Source: Alphaproteobacteria bacterium (GTDB lineage Bacteria > Pseudomonadota > Alphaproteobacteria > UBA828). From it: 64,000 bases of DNA. Under the pieces are notes generated by a model. The model had not been told where the DNA came from and ran no database searches. It saw nothing but the letters and a program-made list of their open reading frames with translations. Shown one piece after another: positions 34,312 to 42,657 of the stretch. Numbering within the stretch: position 1 is the stretch's first letter; each line of letters opens with the position of its first letter. The position numbers and the translations under genes are program-made. The DNA lies in assembly GCA_965243375.1 (NCBI GenBank), contig CBDEUT010000009.1, forward strand, positions 896,401 through 960,400. Reading direction: 5' to 3'.

Positions 34312-35739
34312 CTACCGCGACCCGGCCCCGGCGCCGCCGCGCGCGAACGCTACGGCCGCGCGCAGATCGGCGGACAAGGCGCCCGCCAGCTCGGTCTCGA
34401 TCAGGCGCAGCTTCTCGACCACGGCGAGCGCGGTGTTGAGCCGTTGCAGGCCCTGGTGGCGGTGGCGGGCGAGAGCCACCCGGTTGGAACGCAGGCCCTC
34501 GCGCCAGCGCTGCAACTGCTCGCCGTCGGCGATGTCGAGCGTCCCGGCGCGCTCCTCGACCGTGCGGTGAAGATCGGTGATCCAGACCTGCATGACATCG
34601 AGCGCCACCGCCTCCGCCAGCGCCTCCATCTCCTGGTCGATCACCGCACCCCGGTATGCGGCGGCCGCGTTGGCGACCCGGTAGACCGGCAGCGTGGTGA
34701 GGTTCACGAGGCCGAGGGCCTCCGCCCGAGGCGCTGTGTCCGTGCGGACGGCGTCGACCAGGTCGCGCAGGAGGCCGGCGACACGCACGCGGAATCCCCG
34801 GTTCGCGGGAATGGTGACCGTGGCCAACGTGGGGTTGAGGCAGGCGGCCGGCGTGTCGCAGCGGTAGACCGGGAGCGCGCCGCCGCCCTCCATCAGCACC
34901 TCGGTGACGCGCCGGTCGAGCGCCAGCGGCTCCAGGATGCGCACGCGCGGGCCGGAGGTATCGGAGTCGGAGACGGGTGCCGTGACGATCAGCGTGCCCG
35001 TGACCGCCATGGCGAACTCGGCAAGCTGGGTGTCTCCGGCGAGGAAGGACGACGCCCGGATTGCCTTCCAGGCATAGTTGACGTTGACCGGCACCTGGTC
35101 CGCCATGGCGCCCGAAGCGCTGGCGAGCGTCGAGTTGCGCCGCCCGTCAGCGCCGCAGCCGTGCTTGGCTGCCGCGTAGTCCGAGAAGATGCCCTGGCCG
35201 GTGCCGATCGCGGCGCAGATCGCGGACGAGGCCCGGTCGTTCTTCGACCACAGTGCGCCGACCAGCGCCTGCGCGGTCTCGCAGGAGTTGAGATTCTGCG
35301 AGTTCACCCACTGCGCCAGCGCCCGGAGCTTGGCCATGGTCTCGGCGATCACCGGCGAGATCGTCTCCAGCGCCAGCTCGAAGGCGAAGCCGGCCGCGTT
35401 CTGCGCCACCGCGCGGCCGAAGGCGATGAGCTGGTCCGAGTTGATGAAGGAGAAGGCGCCGGCGAAGGCGTCGATGCCGCCGCAGCCGGCCCGGAAGGAC
35501 GGCAGGTTGACGGTGGCGATCTGCTCGGAACGCACGGGCGCGCGGAGGTAGAGGTTGCCGAGGGTCCAGTGCCCCGAGGCCTGGCCCTGGAACGCGGTCG
35601 GGCCGGTGGTGTTGACCGCCGCGCCCTGCCAGAAGCGGTTCATCTCCGAAAGCACGTCCGCGCGGGCGGGCGATGCGGCGATGGCCAGCGTGGCGATTGC
35701 CAACGCCGCAATGGAATGCCTCTTCCATTCAATAGTCAT
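34312..35739 (-). CDS. traH: F-type conjugal transfer protein TraH
   Basis: 475 aa, signal peptide, conserved TraH regions (NLPSFRAGCGGIDAFAGAFSFINSDQL..., C-terminal coiled region). Confidence 0.85.
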   Translation of the reverse strand: MTIEWKRHSIAALAIATLAIAASPARADVLSEMNRFWQGAAVNTTGPTAFQGQASGHWTLGNLYLRAPVRSEQIATVNLPSFRAGCGGIDAFAGAFSFINSDQLIAFGRAVAQNAAGFAFELALETISPVIAETMAKLRALAQWVNSQNLNSCETAQALVGALWSKNDRASSAICAAIGTGQGIFSDYAAAKHGCGADGRRNSTLASASGAMADQVPVNVNYAWKAIRASSFLAGDTQLAEFAMAVTGTLIVTAPVSDSDTSGPRVRILEPLALDRRVTEVLMEGGGALPVYRCDTPAACLNPTLATVTIPANRGFRVRVAGLLRDLVDAVRTDTAPRAEALGLVNLTTLPVYRVANAAAAYRGAVIDQEMEALAEAVALDVMQVWITDLHRTVEERAGTLDIADGEQLQRWREGLRSNRVALARHRHQGLQRLNTALAVVEKLRLIETELAGALSADLRAAVAFARGGAGAGSR

Positions 35740-36550
35740 TGCCCGGCTCCAGTGCGGTGAGCGTGTAGATCCGCTCGGCCATCTCGTCCTCGGCCATGAC
35801 GCCGAAGCCGACCGGCAGCACCCGTTTCGTCACCGTGTCGAACAGCACGAGCGCCGGGACGGGCGCGTTCCCCAGGCCGAGCCGGGCGGCGCGGCCGTTG
35901 TCCGCCACCGCCTCGGGCCAGCCCTCCAGCGCCTCGCCGGTGAGCGACACAGCGAGCACATCGAGTCCGTGACGGGACGCGAAGGCGCGCAGCAGCGGGC
36001 CGAACACCCGGCACGCCGCGCAGCCGGCATGGCCGAGGTAGATGAGGCCGTAGCGCTCGCCGAGGTGGGCGAGGGCGGCGTCGCGGGCCTCACGCCGTTC
36101 GTCCGACCAGACCTGCTTGGCGAGCGCGCCGACCGGGCGGCGGAGCGTGTAATCCAGTTCCGGCGTCGCCCAGACCGTCCTCCGGACAGCGTCGGAGAAG
36201 GCGGCGGCCCGTTGCAGGGTTTCCTGTTGCAGGCGCAGGTAGGCGGCGACCTTGGCGGGCGTCGGGTTCAGGATGGCTTCCGCGCGCGCCTCCTCCAGCG
36301 CCTTGCGCATCGCCTCGATCCGCTCCGACGCGGATTGCGCGGGGCCGGGAGGGGGTGGCGGCGGAACAGGCTCAACACGCGGCGGCTCCTCCTCCCGTCG
36401 GTCGCAGTAGAAGTGCCAGCCCAGCGAGGCGCCGGCGTTCGGATCCCCGCACCACGAGCGCCATTCGGCGGCGGCCGCGGGCGCGCCCAGCGCCGACCAC
36501 ACGACCGTCGCGGCAAGGACACGTCTCAGGGCACCCACGGCGGCGGTCAT
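35729..36550 (-). CDS. traF: F-type TraF (thioredoxin-fold pilus-assembly protein)
   Basis: Signal peptide then ...ERYGLIYLGHAGCAACRVFGPLLRAFASRHGLDVLAVSLTG... thioredoxin-like; start placed at the MTAAVG ATG overlapping the traN stop. Confidence 0.7.
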   Translation of the reverse strand: MTAAVGALRRVLAATVVWSALGAPAAAAEWRSWCGDPNAGASLGWHFYCDRREEEPPRVEPVPPPPPPGPAQSASERIEAMRKALEEARAEAILNPTPAKVAAYLRLQQETLQRAAAFSDAVRRTVWATPELDYTLRRPVGALAKQVWSDERREARDAALAHLGERYGLIYLGHAGCAACRVFGPLLRAFASRHGLDVLAVSLTGEALEGWPEAVADNGRAARLGLGNAPVPALVLFDTVTKRVLPVGFGVMAEDEMAERIYTLTALEPGNDY

Positions 36551-36551
36551 C

Positions 36552-37667
36552 TCACTGGCCCCGGCGGTAGAAGTCGCGGATGCGCGCCCGCATGGCATCC
36601 CCGGTGTCGCCCGCGTCCGGCAGCGACACCGAGGGCTCCCTCGATCCGTCCATCAGGTCCTGGGTGAACTCGGAGAGATCGAGGCGCGGGAAGTCGATGC
36701 CCTCGATCTCGGCCACGGTGAGGCCCCGGCAGCTCGACCATCCGATGCCGAGCTGGGCTCGGCCCTGCTGCTGCAGGATGCGTCCGAGCTTGGAGCCGAA
36801 TACGCACCAGGCCCGCGAGCGGCGGATGCAGGCGCCGAAGAAGGTGCGCTTCGAGCAGTACTTGCCGAGATAGTGGGTGTTGCCGGCGTTGCGCTCCTCC
36901 GCCAGCTCGCGCTCCGAAGCCGAGCAGTTGGCGAGGCCCACGAGCACGCCGCTGTTCTTGCAGCAGTTGGCGAGCCCGAACAGCTTGATGTGGCAGGCGC
37001 GGCGCTGGCCGGTGAAGAAGCGCATGTCCTGGCGGTCGAATTCGTCCCCGCCCAGCTCCAGCGCCATGTTGAGACGGGTCGTGGCCTCGACGAAACCGGT
37101 GTTGGCCTCCGGGCGCACGGTCTCGCAGCCGGCGCCGACGCAGTACCGCACGGACCCGCAGGTCCCGCCGTCTTCCGCATCCTGAAGGTCCGCGCCGCAG
37201 TCCGCGGTGCCGCCCGAGGCAAGGCCGCCCGCGCCGTGCACCGAAGACTGCGGCGATGCGGCGATATTCTCGGAGCGGGTCACCACCGGATCGGTCGCCG
37301 GCACGCTCGCGGCGCGCCGGCTCGTCGTGCCCCGGACCACCGCGCGCCCGGCCGCACCGCCCGGATCGTCCGGATCGCCAAGCCGTGCCCGGCCTTCGTC
37401 CTCAAGCCGGCTTGCACCGATGCTGCGTTCGGGCAGGTTCGTGCCCGCGTAGCCCGGCACCTCCGCCACATTGGACGCATCCCGCGCGATCGTGCGCGCC
37501 GTCGAATTGCCCGCGTTACCGATGGCCCGCGCCGCCTCTGTGGGATCCTCGGCGTGGGCGGCCCCGCCCAAGACGATCCACAAGAGGAACCCGCAGACCG
37601 CCGCCATCAGCGTCCAGCCGAACAGCCGGGTCGCCCGGGCTCTCCGCGCGATCGCCCGCGCCGTCAT
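36552..37667 (-). CDS. traN: F-type TraN (Cys-rich outer-membrane mating-pair stabilisation protein)
   Basis: 371 aa, signal peptide, many conserved Cys (CGSVRYCVGAGCE...CCKNSG...CSKRTFFGACIRRSRAWCVFGSKLGRI). Confidence 0.8.
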   Translation of the reverse strand: MTARAIARRARATRLFGWTLMAAVCGFLLWIVLGGAAHAEDPTEAARAIGNAGNSTARTIARDASNVAEVPGYAGTNLPERSIGASRLEDEGRARLGDPDDPGGAAGRAVVRGTTSRRAASVPATDPVVTRSENIAASPQSSVHGAGGLASGGTADCGADLQDAEDGGTCGSVRYCVGAGCETVRPEANTGFVEATTRLNMALELGGDEFDRQDMRFFTGQRRACHIKLFGLANCCKNSGVLVGLANCSASERELAEERNAGNTHYLGKYCSKRTFFGACIRRSRAWCVFGSKLGRILQQQGRAQLGIGWSSCRGLTVAEIEGIDFPRLDLSEFTQDLMDGSREPSVSLPDAGDTGDAMRARIRDFYRRGQ

Positions 37668-38404
37668 GGTTCCCTGCCGAGGCGTTCGAGCCAGGCCTTC
37701 GCGACCCCGCGCCCCGCATCGCCCTCTTCGGCCACCGCCTCAAGCGCTGCGACGAGGCCGATGTTTCCCGTGACGAGGTCGTGCGGCGGCGCGGGATCGC
37801 CGGCGCAGCCCCGGCTCCGGCACGGCGGCACGCCGCCCGGCGCGACCACCACGGCGGGCACCCTCTCGATGCCGAACAGGCGGAACAGGCGCGGATCGAT
37901 GGCAACGCCTACCTCCGCGCCGCCGAGGCGTTCGCCGATCCGCGTCGCGGTCTCCGGCAGCCCGCCTTCGCCGACCCCGCGCAGCACCAGCGGCGCGCCG
38001 GCCGCTGCGGCATCGCGCGCCCATTGGCGCCAGCTCGGGGCAGGCACCGAGAGGCTGGTGAAGATCAGGAGTTCCGCCGAGCCCGAACGCGGTCCCGAGA
38101 GTTCGCCCGCGTGGCGTTCGGCCGGAAGGGGCGCGGCGGAGAGGCGGGGCGACCCAGGCAACGTCTGCCGGGCGGTCTCGCCGGCCCGTTCCAGCGCACG
38201 GTCAAGGATCGAGCGGGTCCACGCGCCAAGCGACTCCCCGTCGTTGGCACCCGCCTTGCGCAGCACGTCATCGACCAGGCGGGCCGCATCGGCTTCGGGA
38301 CCTGCCGTGCCCGTCCCGTCCGCGCCTACAGGATTGGGCGAGCCCGCCGCCAGCACCGAAGACGCCAGGAACACCGCAACTAAACCTTTCCTGACTGGCG
38401 TCAT
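37664..38404 (-). CDS. trbC: F-type TrbC-like periplasmic protein
   Basis: 246 aa from MTPVRKGLVAVFLASSVLAAG (signal peptide); gene order traU-trbC-traN-traF-traH-traG matches F-like T4SS. Confidence 0.65.
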   Translation of the reverse strand: MTPVRKGLVAVFLASSVLAAGSPNPVGADGTGTAGPEADAARLVDDVLRKAGANDGESLGAWTRSILDRALERAGETARQTLPGSPRLSAAPLPAERHAGELSGPRSGSAELLIFTSLSVPAPSWRQWARDAAAAGAPLVLRGVGEGGLPETATRIGERLGGAEVGVAIDPRLFRLFGIERVPAVVVAPGGVPPCRSRGCAGDPAPPHDLVTGNIGLVAALEAVAEEGDAGRGVAKAWLERLGREP

Positions 38405-38448
38405 CTTCCTATCCTCGACACTCGATTTGTCTTTGTGTTTCAATGGGT

Positions 38449-39450
38449 TCACAGGAGGCAACAATTGCGCTTTTTCCACAGCAGGTAGCCGAAGTTCTCT
38501 CCGGCCACCGGCAGCTCGCGGAGCGTCTCCCAGAGCACCGAGGAGCGCCCGGTCGGGTTGCAGCCGGTGAACGAGTCGACGGCCGGAACCGGCTGGATCA
38601 TCTGCCAGCGGTACTGCGACTTCTTCATGATCGGCATCGGGTAGCGGCCGCAGAGCGCGCCGGAGCCCATCGTCCCCCAGGCGAGCCCGGCGCGGTGGAG
38701 CCGGTAGAGCAGGCGCTGGGAGGCGAGCAGCGACGCCTGCACCCCGCCGACATGGGCCGCGACGTTGCCGGTCAGCGGATACATCCCGCCCTGGCATCCC
38801 GCGCACCAGAACAGCGGATCGAGCGGCAGCCCGGCCGACGAGGCCGCGCAGTCAGCGGCGCAAGCGGCCTGCGCGGGCAGGTTGGCGAACAGCGCCGCCT
38901 CGGGGTTGAGCAGGAAGGTGAGCTCGTCGTCGAGCCAGGCCGGGTCGAGCTCCGAGGCCCAGGCGATGTCGAGACCGCCGCCCTCCAGGCAGCCCAAGTC
39001 GAGCAGCACCCCGATCCAGGACAAGAGCGGATACATGTAGTAGTGCGCGTGCCAGACCGAGCCCTTGGCGCCGTCGCCGCCGGCAGCACCCGTGCGCCCG
39101 CGCCCGGCCGGCAGGCCGGGATCGATGGTGAGGCCGCCGAGGTTGGGGAAGCACCAGGGCGCCCGCGTCGCGTCGACCAGCCTCGCCGGCTCCCACACCC
39201 CGAGCGAGAGGCCGATGCGCGGAATGGGCGAGCCGCAGAGGCAGATCGGCGACCCCGGATTCGGAGTATCCAGCACGCCCGAGACGCTGCCGATGGAGAT
39301 CGGTCCGATCGAGATCGGAAAGAGGCACTCCCAGCAGACGTCCGAGATCGGATTGACGAACCGCCCGGTGCAGGACTGCGCCGAGGCCGGGGCAGACCAG
39401 AGCAGGGCGGCAAGGGCGAGCGCCGCGAGCGGGGCGAGGCGGCGGATCAT
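38449..39450 (-). CDS. traU: F-type TraU
   Basis: 334 aa from MIRRLAPLAALALAALLW (signal peptide); conserved CTGRFVNPISDVCWECLFPISIG...CLCGSP...HAHYYMYPLLSWIGVLLD... TraU signature; upstream part of the ORF is non-coding-like. Confidence 0.85.
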   Translation of the reverse strand: MIRRLAPLAALALAALLWSAPASAQSCTGRFVNPISDVCWECLFPISIGPISIGSVSGVLDTPNPGSPICLCGSPIPRIGLSLGVWEPARLVDATRAPWCFPNLGGLTIDPGLPAGRGRTGAAGGDGAKGSVWHAHYYMYPLLSWIGVLLDLGCLEGGGLDIAWASELDPAWLDDELTFLLNPEAALFANLPAQAACAADCAASSAGLPLDPLFWCAGCQGGMYPLTGNVAAHVGGVQASLLASQRLLYRLHRAGLAWGTMGSGALCGRYPMPIMKKSQYRWQMIQPVPAVDSFTGCNPTGRSSVLWETLRELPVAGENFGYLLWKKRNCCLL

Positions 39451-39854
39451 TCCGCTGCCGCCGGTCCGGCGGCGCCGCCCTCCGCGGCACCCGTCATGTC
39501 GTCCGCCGCGCGGCGTGCGCCCAGGATGTTGACCATGCCGTGCCGGCCCGAAACGACGATCTCGGTGACCGTCCGGTCGTTGCCTTCCCTGTCGGTGAAG
39601 CCGCGCGTCGCGATCCGCCCCTCGACCATCACCCGGTCGCCCTTGCGCAGCATCTTTTCGACCGCCGCGACCGTGGGTCCGTAAACGACGATCCGATGCC
39701 ATTCCGTCGCCTCGGCCGGGCGGCCGTCCCCGTCCGTCCACTTCTCGGTCGTGGCGAGCGTGAACACGGCCGCCTTGCCGCCCTTCTTCAGGTCGCGGAT
39801 CGCCGAACAGCGGGAATGCTGCGTAGCCCCAGGCCCCGTTGGACCAGCTCGCAT
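39447..39854 (-). CDS. SSB-like OB-fold protein with aberrant N-terminus (second ssb, possibly frameshifted)
   Basis: ...FTLATTEKWTDGDGRPAEATEWHRIVVYG...KGDRVMVEGRIATRGFTDREGNDRTVTEIVV... is strongly SSB-like, but the first about 25 residues do not match the SSB N-terminal strand in any frame. Confidence 0.45.
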   Translation of the reverse strand: MRAGPTGPGATQHSRCSAIRDLKKGGKAAVFTLATTEKWTDGDGRPAEATEWHRIVVYGPTVAAVEKMLRKGDRVMVEGRIATRGFTDREGNDRTVTEIVVSGRHGMVNILGARRAADDMTGAAEGGAAGPAAAE

Positions 39855-39974
39855 TGACGTGCACGCGCGAGGCCGCGGCGAGCCAGAGCGCCGCCAGCGC
39901 GATCATCACCGCCAAGCCGATATGGCGCCGACGCCTATTGCCGGCACGCAGGGCAAAGGTCCGACGCTGAGCGG

Positions 39975-40382
39975 TCACCGCCCGTCTCCCGGGGCCGGTC
40001 CGCTGCTCCCGGCCCGCCCCCGTTCGAGGAGCCCCGTGAGCGCCGCCTCGACGTCAGCCGTCAGATCCGGCGCTCCGGCGGCAACCGCGCGGGCCGGCAG
40101 CAGCACCACGCCGCGAGTTTCCGCAACCCGATCGAGCGCGGCTTCCAGCGCGGCGCCCCAGGCGCGCACATCTTTGGACGTCCGGCCTTCCGCCGCCGCG
40201 CGGGTCGTGTACGCTGCAGTCATCTCCCCGAGGCGGACCGAACCGATGCGGGGCGCCTCGGACGCGTCAAGCCGCACCGTCGCCGCCGCGACCACGGCCG
40301 CCACGGCACTCGACAGCAGCACCGCCGAGACCATGACCGGCCAGTTCGACCCGCTCCGGTCCATGTCAGCCTTGCCCGGCAT
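39975..40382 (-). CDS. trbI: small signal-anchored protein, TrbI-like by position (trbI-traU neighbourhood)
   Basis: 135 aa, single N-terminal TM (WPVMVSAVLLSSAVAAVVAAA); assignment rests mainly on gene order. Confidence 0.4.
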   Translation of the reverse strand: MPGKADMDRSGSNWPVMVSAVLLSSAVAAVVAAATVRLDASEAPRIGSVRLGEMTAAYTTRAAAEGRTSKDVRAWGAALEAALDRVAETRGVVLLPARAVAAGAPDLTADVEAALTGLLERGRAGSSGPAPGDGR

Positions 40383-41004
40383 CCGCGGCGACCGGCTTGC
40401 CCCGCTCGTCCTCCGATCCGGCCAGCGCCCGGAAGCGGGCGAACCAGGCCTCGGCCGCCTTGTCCGGCGGCATCGGGCGGATGCGCCGCTTCAGCGGCGG
40501 GAAGCCGATCCCGGCGCCGGCGGGATCATTCCCGTCCAGCAGGTCGCGGCTCTCGGCGGCAGCCGCCATGCGGGTCACGAACCGCAGCAGTTCGGCGTGT
40601 TCTTCCTCGAGCACTGCTCCCAGGCCCGCGGCCTCGCGCACCGCCGCCTCGATCCCGGAGGCGAGGCGGCCCGTCCTTTCCATCGCACGCTGCGAACCCG
40701 GAGCCGCGCCCCGGAGCCAGGCCGACGGCGCGTCCGCAACCAGCGCATGGAGCGCAAGCGTTCGCCGGTCTTCGTCCGCGAGCCCGTCGAGCGCCTCGAT
40801 CTCTTCCGACACCATGACCGCATGGGCCGCAACCGAGTGGTAGCCGCGCATGCAGCCGCCCCGGCGGCAGGTGTTGGCCAGCACATGGGCCAGCGCCTCG
40901 AAGTCGATATCGGCGGCGGTGATGTTCTCCGGGTCGCCCGGCCAGTTGAGCGGGCGCTCCGCACGCGCGCTTCGCCGGCGCGCACCGCGAGTTCTTGCCG
41001 TCAT
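40366..41004 (-). CDS. HD-domain phosphohydrolase-like protein
   Basis: 212 aa; GYHSVAAHAVMVSEEI resembles the H...HD motif region of YfbR-type HD hydrolases; weak. Confidence 0.4.
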   Translation of the reverse strand: MTARTRGARRRSARAERPLNWPGDPENITAADIDFEALAHVLANTCRRGGCMRGYHSVAAHAVMVSEEIEALDGLADEDRRTLALHALVADAPSAWLRGAAPGSQRAMERTGRLASGIEAAVREAAGLGAVLEEEHAELLRFVTRMAAAAESRDLLDGNDPAGAGIGFPPLKRRIRPMPPDKAAEAWFARFRALAGSEDERGKPVAADAGQG

Positions 41005-42362
41005 GGCGCTTCTTCCGTTTCAGTTGTTTCGGGATGTGCGGCGGCAGCGGGGGCGGTTTCCCCGGCAAGCCGGTCGATGGCCTCGACCGTCGTGAGCCCC
41101 TGCGCCTTCAGGGTCTCGACCGCCGCGAAGGCGGGGCCGCGCGAGGAGAACAGCGCGACCGACCAGGCGTCGAGCACCAGCCGCGCGACCCGCCAGCCGT
41201 CCGGGCCGTGCAGCACGATCTCCGCGTAGCGGCCGTCCGCGGTGGTCAGGCTCTTGAGCGCGCGCTCCATGCCGGGATCGCAGTGGATGCGCTTCTCCTG
41301 CTTCAGGAGCTCGACCGACTCGTCCTTCTGGGCGAGGAAGATCGTCCAGTCCGAGTTCTCCCAGGCCGCGCGCGCCGCCGGGTTGGCGTAGTAGTCGTTT
41401 ACGCTCTGAGTCCCGGTGACGAGAGCCCCGCGGTACTTGCGCGCCCGGCGCGCGGCGCCTTCGAGAAACGCCTTCGAGTCCTCGCCCGAAAGCAGGTCCC
41501 ACGCCTCGTCGATGACGATCGCCTTCGCCCGCGTGCGCGGGCCGTGATACATGCGCTGGGTGGCGAGGAAGACCACCAGCATCAGCACCACCGCCTGGAC
41601 GTCGCCCCGGCCCTTGAGCTCGGCGAGCTCGAACACGGTGAGCGCGTTCTCCAGGTCCGGGACGTTGTTGCCGGCAAAGAGGCGCCCCATCGCGCCGCCC
41701 GGACACCACGGCCCGAGAGAGGTCGCCATGTCGGCCGCGCGCCGGTCGTCGCGGGCTTCGAGGTTCTTGCGCACCGTGCCGAGATCGGCGTCGTTGCCGG
41801 CCTCGTCCCAGGGCGCTGCAATGGCCTCGGCGATGTGCGCCGCCTCGATGTCGTCGATCGAGCCCCGGCGCCGTGCCATCCGCCCGATGACGCCGGCCAG
41901 CATGGCGAAGCACTCCTCGCGGTAGTCGCCGTCGTGATTGGCGGTGCCTGAGTCGATCATGGCGAAGGGGTTGAGGCAGGCCGGGTCCTTGCCGAAGGCG
42001 ATGAACGCGCCTTCGAGGGCTTCGGCGGTGTGCTGGAAAGACCGCCCGTCGTCGATCACCACGGCCTCGCCGCCGGCGCCGATCAGCCCGGTCACCAGCT
42101 CCTGCATCAGCACCGACTTGCCGGAGCCCGACTTGCCGGTGACGGCGACGTTGTAGTTGCCCGCCTCGTTGGCGAAGGGGGACCAGCAGGCGGGCTGGCC
42201 GCGGCGCCCGATCAGGAAGAGAGCGGGCGGGTTGTCGGGATTGGCCGGCTGGCCGCGCCACTCGCCGTGCAGCGGCGCGAGGTTGACCGCGCTCGATGTC
42301 AGCAGGGTCTTCATCCGGCCCATGCGTTCGAGATCGGCGTCCAGCCCGCCGGCGGACGCCAT
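41001..42362 (-). CDS. traC: TraC/VirB4-like T4SS ATPase, C-terminal ATPase half only
   Basis: 453 aa; Walker A VTGKSGSGKS at about residue 75 (in full-length F TraC it lies near residue 480), Walker B AIVIDEAWDLL; the N-terminal about 400 aa are not encoded upstream. Confidence 0.75.
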   Translation of the reverse strand: MASAGGLDADLERMGRMKTLLTSSAVNLAPLHGEWRGQPANPDNPPALFLIGRRGQPACWSPFANEAGNYNVAVTGKSGSGKSVLMQELVTGLIGAGGEAVVIDDGRSFQHTAEALEGAFIAFGKDPACLNPFAMIDSGTANHDGDYREECFAMLAGVIGRMARRRGSIDDIEAAHIAEAIAAPWDEAGNDADLGTVRKNLEARDDRRAADMATSLGPWCPGGAMGRLFAGNNVPDLENALTVFELAELKGRGDVQAVVLMLVVFLATQRMYHGPRTRAKAIVIDEAWDLLSGEDSKAFLEGAARRARKYRGALVTGTQSVNDYYANPAARAAWENSDWTIFLAQKDESVELLKQEKRIHCDPGMERALKSLTTADGRYAEIVLHGPDGWRVARLVLDAWSVALFSSRGPAFAAVETLKAQGLTTVEAIDRLAGETAPAAAAHPETTETEEAP

Positions 42363-42657
42363 GGGCAGCCGCGGCCGGAGGGGACGGGTCCGGCCTACGC
42401 GCCGGGCCCGTCCCCGGCGCCGCGCGCCAAGTCGCGGTAGCGCCTTGCGTCCGCCCTCGCCTTCCTCAGCCAGCGCCCGATCTGCGAGTGCATCGTAAGC
42501 ATCCGGCGGGGACCGCAGACGGTGAATCGCGGAACGTGACGGGGAGTTCCAAGGTGGGCAGGCGAGTGACGCTCAGCCCCACGGTGACGCTCACGGTGGA
42601 CCGCGCAGAGACGCGGCCTCGGCCGCAGGGAAGACGGTGTCTCTGGTGAGGTCCGGC

